Positions 33,628-42,092 of a stretch of DNA of 64,000 nt are shown piece after piece; within the stretch, counting starts at the first letter, position 1, and each line of letters begins with the position of its first letter. The notes below the pieces were generated by a model. That model had not been told where the DNA came from and searched no databases. It saw only the letters and a program-made list of their open reading frames with translations. The DNA comes from a candidate division FCPU426 bacterium. GTDB lineage: Bacteria; Oederibacteriota; Muellerivitia; Muellerivitales; Muellerivitaceae. Location: the NCBI GenBank assembly GCA_963796105.1, contig CAWCKJ010000006.1:1-64000 (forward strand), written 5' to 3'. The position numbers and the translations under genes were made by a program.

Positions 33628-34784
33628 AACAAAAGCCGCGCGTGGCCCTTTTGCGGGGGCCCCTCCTGAACCCGTTCGAGATGCAATCCTACGAACCCCT
33701 CCAAGAGGATTTCGACCTGGTGGCCTTTGTCCCCCACAAGACCCAATTCGATCTTTCATCCATCGCCATCCCTAGGCAAATCCTCTGGTGCCCCATCTCC
33801 GGGAAAACTCCTTTCGAGCGGACCCGGCGGAAATGGCAGGCCGCGCGCGATGCCGTGACCGGAAACACCCATACCTTTTGCGGGATGCTGGACCGCCTCA
33901 AGGGATTCGATCTCTACCATATCAAGGACCTCCCTTTTTGTTTTGATTACGAGGCGGCCCTGGCCAAGCGCAGCTACGGCGGGAAAATGGTGGTGACCGT
34001 CGCCGAAAACATCCCTCATTTGAACGAGCACAAGTTCATGGAACGGCACATCAAAAGGACGGTGGGGGAGGAAGTGGACCTTTTTCTTGCCATCTCAGAG
34101 GGAGCCAAGAAGGCCCTGATGGAAGAGGGGGTGCCGGAAGAGAAAATACGCAGGATTTCCAATTCCATCGATACCGATTTCTTTAAGCCGGGCCCAGCCG
34201 AACCGCGCCTTCTTCAATCCCTGGGAATCCCCCGGAACGCCTTCCGGGTGCTTTATGTGGGCCGGCTGGCCCGGAGCAAGGGGGTTTTCACGCTTCTGGA
34301 GGCGGCCCGAAGGCTGGCGGGGTCCCATTCCGGCTGCCACTTTCTTTTCATCGGCAAGGACGAGGAAGGCGCGGCTGATTGGATCCAATGTCACGGTCTC
34401 CAAAATAAGGTTCATCTCCTGGATTTCATACCTTACAGCCAGATGCCCCGGTATTACCGCCTGGCGGACCTGCTGATCCTGCCGAGCCTTCCTACCAAGA
34501 GGTGGGTGGAGCAATTCGGTTATGTCCTGGCGGAATCGATGGCCTGCGGGGTGCCCGCCGTCGGGTCCGATTGCGGGGCCATCCCGGAGGTGATCGGCGA
34601 CCCGGGCATGATTTTCCCTGCCGGTTCCGTGGAGGGGCTTTGCGGGATTTTGGAACGACTGCGGAAAAGAAACATGAAATCCTTGGGATTAAAAGTCAGG
34701 AAAAGGGCAGCCGGATTGTTTTCGTCGAAAAATCTCACGAAAACCCTCCGGAAAACTTACAATGAATTACTGTGCAAACCCTGA
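33624..34784 (+). CDS. GT4 glycosyltransferase
   Basis: YVGRLARSKG and EQFGYVLAESMACGVP. The TTG start overlaps the upstream stop. Confidence 0.92.
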   Translation: MKQKPRVALLRGPLLNPFEMQSYEPLQEDFDLVAFVPHKTQFDLSSIAIPRQILWCPISGKTPFERTRRKWQAARDAVTGNTHTFCGMLDRLKGFDLYHIKDLPFCFDYEAALAKRSYGGKMVVTVAENIPHLNEHKFMERHIKRTVGEEVDLFLAISEGAKKALMEEGVPEEKIRRISNSIDTDFFKPGPAEPRLLQSLGIPRNAFRVLYVGRLARSKGVFTLLEAARRLAGSHSGCHFLFIGKDEEGAADWIQCHGLQNKVHLLDFIPYSQMPRYYRLADLLILPSLPTKRWVEQFGYVLAESMACGVPAVGSDCGAIPEVIGDPGMIFPAGSVEGLCGILERLRKRNMKSLGLKVRKRAAGLFSSKNLTKTLRKTYNELLCKP

Positions 34785-35902
34785 AAAAAGATAAACCCAA
34801 CCGCTCCAGAAAACTCCTGGTCCGGGTCCCCAATTGGCTGGGGGATACCCTGATGGCCACGCCCGCTGTCTCGGAAATCACCCGGATTTTTCCCGAAGCC
34901 GATATATCCATCCTGGCTCGGAAACCCTTCGCCGGGTTTTGGGAAAATTTTCCCGGGATCCGAAAAGTGTATTCCCTCGGAGAAAACCGGAGATTTTACG
35001 CCCATTGGACTGCAGTCCGGGAGATCCAACGGGAGGGATTTGATACCGCCTTGGTATTTCCCACCTCCTTTTCATCCGCGTTCCTCGTATTCGCTGCGGG
35101 GATCCCGACGCGCATCGGCTGGGGTGGGGAAGGGCGCGACCTTTTTTTAACCCGGGTGGTTCCTTATGAGAACCCGCGCCAAAAACACCTGGTTTGGGAA
35201 TATTTGGACCTGGTTCAAAAAGGTTTTGGATTAAAATCCGCTGCTAAAACTTTTCGCCTTTCGAGCGTCCTGACCCTCGGGGCCCGCGAAAAGGCGGACC
35301 AGTTGGAGCTCAACCGGAAGGGAAATTACTTGGCCTTTTGCCCCGGCGCCACCTATGGCGCGGCCAAGCGTTGGCCCTTCGCCTATTGGCTGGAATTGGC
35401 TCAAAAGTTGGGGAAGTCCCGGAAAGAAACCCTCCTGATCCTCGGCGGGGCGGGCGACGAGGCTTTCCTGGGGGATTTAAAAAAGGGACTTGAGACCTCA
35501 GGGGACGGCCGCTTCCAGTGGCTGGTGGGAAAGACCGACATGCTGACGTTGGCCGAGGTTTTATCCCGCTGCCGGCTTTTGGTGACCTCCGACACGGGGC
35601 CCATGCATATGGCCGCGGCCGTCGGAACGCCAACCGTGGCCCTCTTTGGGTCCACCTCGCCCGCCTGGACCAGGCCATTCGGAAAGGGCCATGAAGTGAT
35701 CCATAAGGAAATAGAATGCAGCCCCTGTTTCCAAAGAACCTGCCCCATCGGGTACGCGTGCTTGAACGCCATTTCCGTGGAGGAAGTCTACAAGGTCATC
35801 CGGAAAAAGCTGAGCCATCCGGGCCGGGTCCGGGCCGAAAACCGGGGGGAGGTTCCCTCCCATGAAACGCATTCTAGCGGTCAAGCTCCGGCCCATCGGT
35901 GA
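34772..35902 (+). CDS. waaF: LPS heptosyltransferase II (GT9)
   Basis: PNWLGDTLMATP, CPGATYGAAKRWP, DTGPMH and CSPCFQRTCP. Confidence 0.88.
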   Translation: MQTLKKDKPNRSRKLLVRVPNWLGDTLMATPAVSEITRIFPEADISILARKPFAGFWENFPGIRKVYSLGENRRFYAHWTAVREIQREGFDTALVFPTSFSSAFLVFAAGIPTRIGWGGEGRDLFLTRVVPYENPRQKHLVWEYLDLVQKGFGLKSAAKTFRLSSVLTLGAREKADQLELNRKGNYLAFCPGATYGAAKRWPFAYWLELAQKLGKSRKETLLILGGAGDEAFLGDLKKGLETSGDGRFQWLVGKTDMLTLAEVLSRCRLLVTSDTGPMHMAAAVGTPTVALFGSTSPAWTRPFGKGHEVIHKEIECSPCFQRTCPIGYACLNAISVEEVYKVIRKKLSHPGRVRAENRGEVPSHETHSSGQAPAHR

Positions 35903-36911
35903 TGCCATCCTGGCGGGGACTTGTTTCGAGGCCCTGAGGGAGGCCTTTCCCAAGGCCTGGATCACGGCCCTGATCCAGCCCCCTGCCCACGAGCTGTACC
36001 GCGCGGCGGGATGGGCCAACGAGGTCCTGGCCTACCACCGGGGAGCCATCGACAAGCAACCCTTCTGGGCGAGGGCCTGGAAAAACCACCTCCTGGCCAA
36101 GGCCTTGCGCGAGCGTGCCTTCGACCTAGCCATCGATTTTTCCGCCTCCCACCGCAGCGCCCAATTGATCTCCTGGGGAAAACCCGCCTACAAAATCGGT
36201 TTGGACCTCCCCCCAGTCCGGAGGTTTTACGACGCCCTCGCCAAGGGGGACGATGAGCTGACGGCCCCGGCCTGGGAACTCGACCGGCGCATCCTGAACC
36301 TGATCGGGTTGGAGCCCAAGCCCCATGACCGGCCGGACGGCTACTGGAGGGTGCCGGAGTCGGCCCTTCAGTTCGCGGAGACCTTCTGGAAGGCCAACCG
36401 GTTTTCCGGGGAGGACCTGGTAGTGGCCGTCAACCCTTTCGCCAGCTGTCCGAGCAAGGAATGGTATCCGGACAAGTGGGCCGCCGTGATCCGGGAACTG
36501 CTATCCAACCACCTCAAGCTTTTTTTCACCTGCGCTTCCTTCGAGAGAAAGGGAATCCCGAAAATCGAAAAGGAGCTGGGCCAAAGCCTGCCGGTTTACG
36601 GCGGGACCAATCTGGTCCCCATGATGGGTCTTTTCCAAAAGGCCGCGGCTGTCCTGAGCGTGGATACAGGTCCGCGCCATTTGGCCGCCGCGGTTGGAAC
36701 CCCCACCCTGACGGTCTGGGGACCGGAACTCCTGAACCGCTGGCATCCTTATTCCAGGCTGAACCATCCGGTTTTATTCAAGCGGATTTCCTGCCGCCCC
36801 TGCGGGCTTTCGGTTTGCGTGGCTAAAAAACACGAGTGCATGACAGCTTTGAATCCTGAAGAAGTGGTCCGGTCGCTCAAGGCTCTCCTCCAATCGAAAG
36901 CCGCCCCATGA
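35862..36911 (+). CDS. GT9 glycosyltransferase
   Basis: KLRPIGDAI, NPFAS..SKEW and VDTGPRHLAAAVG. Confidence 0.9.
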   Translation: MKRILAVKLRPIGDAILAGTCFEALREAFPKAWITALIQPPAHELYRAAGWANEVLAYHRGAIDKQPFWARAWKNHLLAKALRERAFDLAIDFSASHRSAQLISWGKPAYKIGLDLPPVRRFYDALAKGDDELTAPAWELDRRILNLIGLEPKPHDRPDGYWRVPESALQFAETFWKANRFSGEDLVVAVNPFASCPSKEWYPDKWAAVIRELLSNHLKLFFTCASFERKGIPKIEKELGQSLPVYGGTNLVPMMGLFQKAAAVLSVDTGPRHLAAAVGTPTLTVWGPELLNRWHPYSRLNHPVLFKRISCRPCGLSVCVAKKHECMTALNPEEVVRSLKALLQSKAAP

Positions 36912-37954
36912 CCCTGGAAACTCCCCGGAAAGTCTTGATCCTGCGTCCTCGATTCCTGGGGGACCTGATTCTCGCCACCGGCTTGGCCGGGGTCATACGC
37001 AAGAGAAATCCCGGGACCGAGGTTTGGTACCTGGCCGAGACCCCCTACGTGGAAATTCTCGAGAACCACCCGGAGATCGCGGGAGTCCTTCCCTTAGAGC
37101 CCGGGAGGAAAAACAATCCCTTTTACATCGGAGGGTTTTACCGGAAGATCCGGCGGCAGCACTTTGATGCGGTCCTGGATCTGTTCGGGAATTTCCGCAC
37201 GGCGCTGGTTTCCTTTTTCAGCGGGGCCCCCTTGAGGGTGGGTTTTGAGATGAGGGGGCGGTCCTGGGCCTATACCAGCGTGGCCGGTCCCGCGACGAAA
37301 CCCCTCCCCTCCGGCCGCAGGCCCGTCACGGATGCTTACCTGGACCAGGTGAGGGCTTTGGGTTTTTCCCCCGTGGAGTCGTACAAAACATCCCTCTTCA
37401 CGACTAAGGAGGAAAAAGCGCATGCCAAGACCATCCTGAATCGGGCGCTGTTAAAGCCTGGGGGAAAAATAGCAGCCATTTTCCCCGGAGCTTCCTGGCC
37501 CGCCAAACGATGGCCCCTGGATCGTTTCTTAGAGTTGGGGCGAAGATTAGCCCAAAATGGGGCCAAGCCGCTTTTCCTCTTTGGGCCTAAGGACTCAGAT
37601 TTGGCAAGGAATTTCGAGAGCCGGATGGAATCAGGCTGGCTTTTCGTCAATCAGCCTTCCTTGAGGGGCCTGACCGCTTTGGTCGAGGCGTCGGACCTGT
37701 TAGTCTCCAATGATGCGGGGCCAATGCACATCGGACCAGCAGTGGGTACGCCCACCCTGGGGATTTTCGGGCCAGGGGAGCCGGATATTTGGTTTCCCTA
37801 CAAAACTCCTCATACCTACGCCCACGCAGAGGTCGATTGCAGCCATTGCGGCAAGGAGCAATGTTCCCTCATGGCCTGTATGGACCGCCTGGATGTGGAT
37901 TTCATCACAGAAAAAGCCATCAGCCTCCTAGGAAGTCGGCGCAAGGCCAAATAA
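36908..37954 (+). CDS. GT9 glycosyltransferase
   Basis: RPRFLGDLI, PGASWPAKRWP and NDAGPMH. Confidence 0.9.
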   Translation: MTLETPRKVLILRPRFLGDLILATGLAGVIRKRNPGTEVWYLAETPYVEILENHPEIAGVLPLEPGRKNNPFYIGGFYRKIRRQHFDAVLDLFGNFRTALVSFFSGAPLRVGFEMRGRSWAYTSVAGPATKPLPSGRRPVTDAYLDQVRALGFSPVESYKTSLFTTKEEKAHAKTILNRALLKPGGKIAAIFPGASWPAKRWPLDRFLELGRRLAQNGAKPLFLFGPKDSDLARNFESRMESGWLFVNQPSLRGLTALVEASDLLVSNDAGPMHIGPAVGTPTLGIFGPGEPDIWFPYKTPHTYAHAEVDCSHCGKEQCSLMACMDRLDVDFITEKAISLLGSRRKAK

Positions 37955-37974
37955 AAGGATTTATAAATTTTTCC

Positions 37975-37983
37975 TGCTATAAT
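37975..37983 (+). promoter_or_regulatory. Extended -10 promoter candidate for ilvE
   Basis: TGCTATAAT lies upstream of a GGGAGG RBS and TTG 38018. Confidence 0.55.
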
Positions 37984-38017
37984 GACGCCACTTTTTTAAT
38001 TTTCGGGAGGGGTCACC

Positions 38018-38935
38018 TTGTTCGGAAAAGGGAAAATCTGGTTTGACGGAAAGATGGTAGCCTGGGAAAAAGCGACTATCCATGTTCTTTCGCACGTCGT
38101 CCACTATGCATCCTGCGTATTCGAGGGAATCCGCTGTTATAACACCAAGGGAGGTCCTGCGATTTTCCGGCTGGACGCCCATGTGGACCGGCTTTACGAT
38201 TCCGCGAAAATTTACCGAATGGAGATCCCTTATACTAAAAAACAGTTTAGTGAATCCATTTTAAAAGTGGTAAAGACCAACAAACTCAAAGTCTGTTATA
38301 TCCGGCCTTTTGTCTTCAGGGGCTACGGCCAAGTGGGAGTCTATCCCATGAATAACCCCTTGCATTGCGCGATCGCGGCTTGGCATTGGGGCTCCTACCT
38401 GGGCGAGGAATCCCTTACCAAAGGCATTTCAGTCAGGATTTCCTCCTGGCACCGGCCAGCTCCTAACACCTTCCCAACTCTTTCCAAGGCGGCAGGAAAT
38501 TACCTTAATTCGCAGCTGGTGAAAATGGAGGCCGTCCAGGATGGTTTTGACGAAGGAATTGTCTTGGATCATTATGGTTTTGTTTCCGAGGGCTCCGGCG
38601 AGAACGTCTTCATCGTGAAGAACGGCGTCCTCTTCACGCCCCCCACCAATTCCTCAATCCTTCCTGGTATCACCCGGCATACGGTTTTCGTCTTGGCCCG
38701 GGAATTGGGCATCGATGTTCGCCAGCAAGTCCTTCCTCGCGAAAGCCTCTATGTCGCCGACGAGGTTTTCCTGACAGGCACCGCGGCGGAAATCGTCCCC
38801 GTCTCCAAGGTCGACAACATCCCGGTCAGCGACGGCAAACGGGGTCCCGTCACCGAGAGAGTCCAGAAAGCCTTTTTCGAGATTCTCAAGGGGCAGACTC
38901 CGGATCGCTTTGATTGGCTTACTATTGTGAAATAG
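38018..38935 (+). CDS. ilvE: Branched-chain amino acid aminotransferase
   Basis: HYASCVFEGIRCY, KAAGNY, EGSGEN, LPGITR and FLTGTAAE. Confidence 0.96.
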   Translation: MFGKGKIWFDGKMVAWEKATIHVLSHVVHYASCVFEGIRCYNTKGGPAIFRLDAHVDRLYDSAKIYRMEIPYTKKQFSESILKVVKTNKLKVCYIRPFVFRGYGQVGVYPMNNPLHCAIAAWHWGSYLGEESLTKGISVRISSWHRPAPNTFPTLSKAAGNYLNSQLVKMEAVQDGFDEGIVLDHYGFVSEGSGENVFIVKNGVLFTPPTNSSILPGITRHTVFVLARELGIDVRQQVLPRESLYVADEVFLTGTAAEIVPVSKVDNIPVSDGKRGPVTERVQKAFFEILKGQTPDRFDWLTIVK

Positions 38936-38936
38936 G

Positions 38937-40001
38937 GTGTCAGTCCCATATTCATCCTTCCCGCAACGTATCCTACTGATCCGATTGAAGGGAATTGGGG
39001 ACGTTATCCTCTCTACACCGCTTTTACGGGCGCTCCGAAAAAAATTTCCCACATCTGAAATCCATTTTTTAACCCGCTCCATTTGCGGCCCCATCCTTCG
39101 AAACAATCCTAACTTGGACCGTTTGATCCTCTACCCGGAAAAGAGCGATTCCGTCAAAAAAAAATGGGAATTCATAAAATCTCTTAGGAAATCCCGTTAC
39201 GACTGGGTTCTGGACTTAGCCGCTGAGCCGCGGTCGGCCTGGCTGACCAAGGCCACGGGCGCGCCGCTTCGTGCGGGTTATGCCTTCCGGATCCGCAAGT
39301 GGGCTTTCAGTCATCCCATTCCCAAGAACAAAGTCCGCAAATATCAGGCCGAAGTGAACCTGGACATCATCCGTTTCCTGGGCGTGCCAGACGACGGGAA
39401 CAGGACGGAGCTTTTCATCTCTGAGACAGACTTGAAGTGGGCATCGGAAATTTACGTGCGTGAGGAAATGTCGGAATTGGAATGGAAAATCGGGTTGAAT
39501 CCCACGGGTAGCTGGCCTTCCAAGCGTTGGCCTCGGGATCATTGGAAAGAACTGGTTCTCTTGATAAATGGGGAATTGGGCGTGAAACCCATCCTATTCG
39601 GAGGGCCGGGTGACGAGGCCATCATCAATGAAATACGGTTGGGGTTAGAGGACAAGACCCTAGTAAAACCGGAAACGACACTATCTCAGGCCGCGGCTTT
39701 CATTTCCAAGCTTGATCTGCTCGTGGGCGCTGATGGAACCCCCCAACACTTGGCCCAAGCCATGGGAATCAGGAGTCTAACTCTCTGCGGTCCCCATTGG
39801 GGGATCAGCTGGGTGAAACCGGGGGACCCTAAGCATAAGTTCCTACAACATTTTCTGGATTGCGGGCCATGTGACCTAAATGAGTGTCCTTTTCCTAGGG
39901 ATGAAAAAAAGGCCAGGCATGTCCAACAGGAATGCCTCTGGAAAATCAACCCTTCGCAGGTTTTTCAAACTTTGAAAGAAATGTTGAGCATTCCAGCTTA
40001 G
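38937..40001 (+). CDS. GT9 glycosyltransferase
   Basis: RLKGIGDVILSTP, NPTGSWPSKRWP and DGTPQHLA. Confidence 0.9.
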   Translation: MSVPYSSFPQRILLIRLKGIGDVILSTPLLRALRKKFPTSEIHFLTRSICGPILRNNPNLDRLILYPEKSDSVKKKWEFIKSLRKSRYDWVLDLAAEPRSAWLTKATGAPLRAGYAFRIRKWAFSHPIPKNKVRKYQAEVNLDIIRFLGVPDDGNRTELFISETDLKWASEIYVREEMSELEWKIGLNPTGSWPSKRWPRDHWKELVLLINGELGVKPILFGGPGDEAIINEIRLGLEDKTLVKPETTLSQAAAFISKLDLLVGADGTPQHLAQAMGIRSLTLCGPHWGISWVKPGDPKHKFLQHFLDCGPCDLNECPFPRDEKKARHVQQECLWKINPSQVFQTLKEMLSIPA

Positions 40002-42040
40002 TATTTTTTAATCCCCCCAAAAACCAACAGCATCGCCGAAAACGCTAAGCTTAAAAACAGACCCAAGCGGAAACTCGTTGGTTCGTATTGGAACTGCGCC
40101 TTCCCGGAGCCTTCCGGGAAGGAGATACATTGGAAAATTCCATTTGCTTCGTGGATTTCCACGCCTTTTCCGTCGATCCAGGCTCGCCACCCAGGTAAAG
40201 CATTTTGGGCAACGACCAGGTAACCCTTTCGGTTCTGAGGAAGTTCTAACAGGATTTTAGAGGGATCTAGCAAGCTTGGTTGATGGCGAGGTGAGGTTGA
40301 AAGGGGGTTAAGGCCCAGGTAAAGGGTTTTGAGGGGATTCGCGCCGTTCGCAAAGGCCTGGAATGCTACCTTCCGACTGCCCTCTTGCGTTTTTCCGAAA
40401 AAATAAAAGTGGGAACCCAGGGAGCAAGGGTTTTTCCAAAGGGTCCAGGGAGTATCTTGTAAAATTTTTTCATAAGGAGGAGCTAGATCGTCTCCGGTTA
40501 AAAATAAAAGATCCACTCCGAGAAAATTCATCAGGTTTCCTTGCGAATAGGGAAATCCTCGAAAAAAATAAAATTGAGCGTCAAGGGATCCCCATGAGGG
40601 CCAGGTGGAACCGTAAAAATTTGCCGTGGGCAGGGAAGCAAAAAGATTGGAATTGGGAACGAAATGTTTGAAAAGGGGTTTTTGATCGGGCGAGGGAAGC
40701 GGGGTGTAAATCTCTTGGTGTCGTTGGGCGTCAGGAAGGATCAAGATTCTGCCTTGCCCCAGGTTTTCTTTTATTTTTTCAGCTTCTTTCCCCAATAACT
40801 GATGTGGGGGTAAGTAATTTCTTTCGAGGGGATGGTCCCAAACCGCGTAGAAAAGATCTGCGAGGGAAATGGCGAGAACAACCCATTTCCAGAGGCCGAG
40901 TTTAAGAAAAAGATCCCTGCAGATCAGACCCAGGGCCCCCAGCTCCAGTATATCCACGAGTACCCAGCACTTGGCGGGTTCCAGGAAAGCTGGCAGGGAA
41001 AAATGAAGGGAGTTGGCGAGGAAAGCCGGCCAACCCAAGGCCCAAAGGAGAAGAATGATGAAGCCCGCCAAGAAAAATCGTGTATCGGATTTCAATTTGT
41101 TCCAGCGGGTCATTCCAAGGATCAGGGCTAGCAAGGGAATGAGTCCGGAATAGAAATTGAAATAAAAGAAAGTTGGCGAAACCACATAGTCGGGAATATT
41201 GTTTTGCCAAAGGGCATTCATGTGAAAAAATGTTTTTAAATTTTCCACAGGAAGAAAAAAGCCAGGGTTGTCCCTGACAGGGGGTAGCCGGACCGAGTCT
41301 AAGTAAAAGTACTCAACTGATGGAATCCATTGGCAGGCTGATAGGGCAAGACCTGAGAAAAGGGGGAGGAAAAGACGCGATGGGAATTTCCAACTTGATA
41401 AAAAAATTCCATAGGCCGTGGCAGCGAGGATGGAATAAAAAATAATTTGGGGATAACCCGCGAATATCTGCAGGACCAGGAAAGCCGCGAATTGGGTTCC
41501 CCCGGCCTTCTTTTGGCGGGCCATGTTCTGGACGGCAACCAAAAGCCACGGTGCCCAGGCCATTGTGTCCATGGAGGAATTGCTGCCCAGGTGGTTGTAA
41601 GCGCATCCGTTCAGGAGTGAAACTGCAGCGCAGAAGAAAGACCAAAATGTCTCAACCCCGGTGTTTCTTAAAAGGAGATAGAGCCCAAAGGAAAATATAA
41701 AAAGATGGAGGATTCCTGAGAAATTCCAGAAATTCAAACCGAATAATTTAAAACCCAAGGTTCCTGGATAAAATGTTTCGGTTTGCCAGGTGGCGAGCCA
41801 GGGAATGCCGAAGGCCGAAAAGGGATTCCAAAGCGGGAGAAAGCCTTGCCTCAAGGAAGAAAGGATGGACCATCGGATGGGCAGATTCCAGGTGTCATTT
41901 TCAGGACAGGCAGTATGGAGGTCCGGGTGGACCAAAAGACGCCCATAGGCTAGGAGGATTACTCCGACCCAGGCGGCGGGCAGAATTAGGTGGGTTAAAG
42001 AGGCAGTCTTGGAGAAAGCTGGTTTCATATGAACTATCAT
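39998..42040 (-). CDS. YfhO-like multi-pass membrane protein (GT-C-like)
   Basis: PLWNPF...GIPWLA...FYP, AGYPQ, many TM segments, and C-terminal PGWRAWIDG...YEP.SF.LG. Confidence 0.8.
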   Translation of the reverse strand: MIVHMKPAFSKTASLTHLILPAAWVGVILLAYGRLLVHPDLHTACPENDTWNLPIRWSILSSLRQGFLPLWNPFSAFGIPWLATWQTETFYPGTLGFKLFGLNFWNFSGILHLFIFSFGLYLLLRNTGVETFWSFFCAAVSLLNGCAYNHLGSNSSMDTMAWAPWLLVAVQNMARQKKAGGTQFAAFLVLQIFAGYPQIIFYSILAATAYGIFLSSWKFPSRLFLPLFSGLALSACQWIPSVEYFYLDSVRLPPVRDNPGFFLPVENLKTFFHMNALWQNNIPDYVVSPTFFYFNFYSGLIPLLALILGMTRWNKLKSDTRFFLAGFIILLLWALGWPAFLANSLHFSLPAFLEPAKCWVLVDILELGALGLICRDLFLKLGLWKWVVLAISLADLFYAVWDHPLERNYLPPHQLLGKEAEKIKENLGQGRILILPDAQRHQEIYTPLPSPDQKPLFKHFVPNSNLFASLPTANFYGSTWPSWGSLDAQFYFFRGFPYSQGNLMNFLGVDLLFLTGDDLAPPYEKILQDTPWTLWKNPCSLGSHFYFFGKTQEGSRKVAFQAFANGANPLKTLYLGLNPLSTSPRHQPSLLDPSKILLELPQNRKGYLVVAQNALPGWRAWIDGKGVEIHEANGIFQCISFPEGSGKAQFQYEPTSFRLGLFLSLAFSAMLLVFGGIKKY

Positions 42041-42077
42041 AAATTAAAAAGGTCAATTTGGGGCAGACCTTTGCCTT

Positions 42078-42086
42078 TGTTATAAT
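42078..42086 (+). promoter_or_regulatory. Extended -10 promoter positioned for a leaderless mRNA
   Basis: TGTTATAAT is separated from ATG 42093 by only 6 bp, and there is no Shine-Dalgarno sequence. Confidence 0.5.
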
Positions 42087-42092
42087 TTCGAA

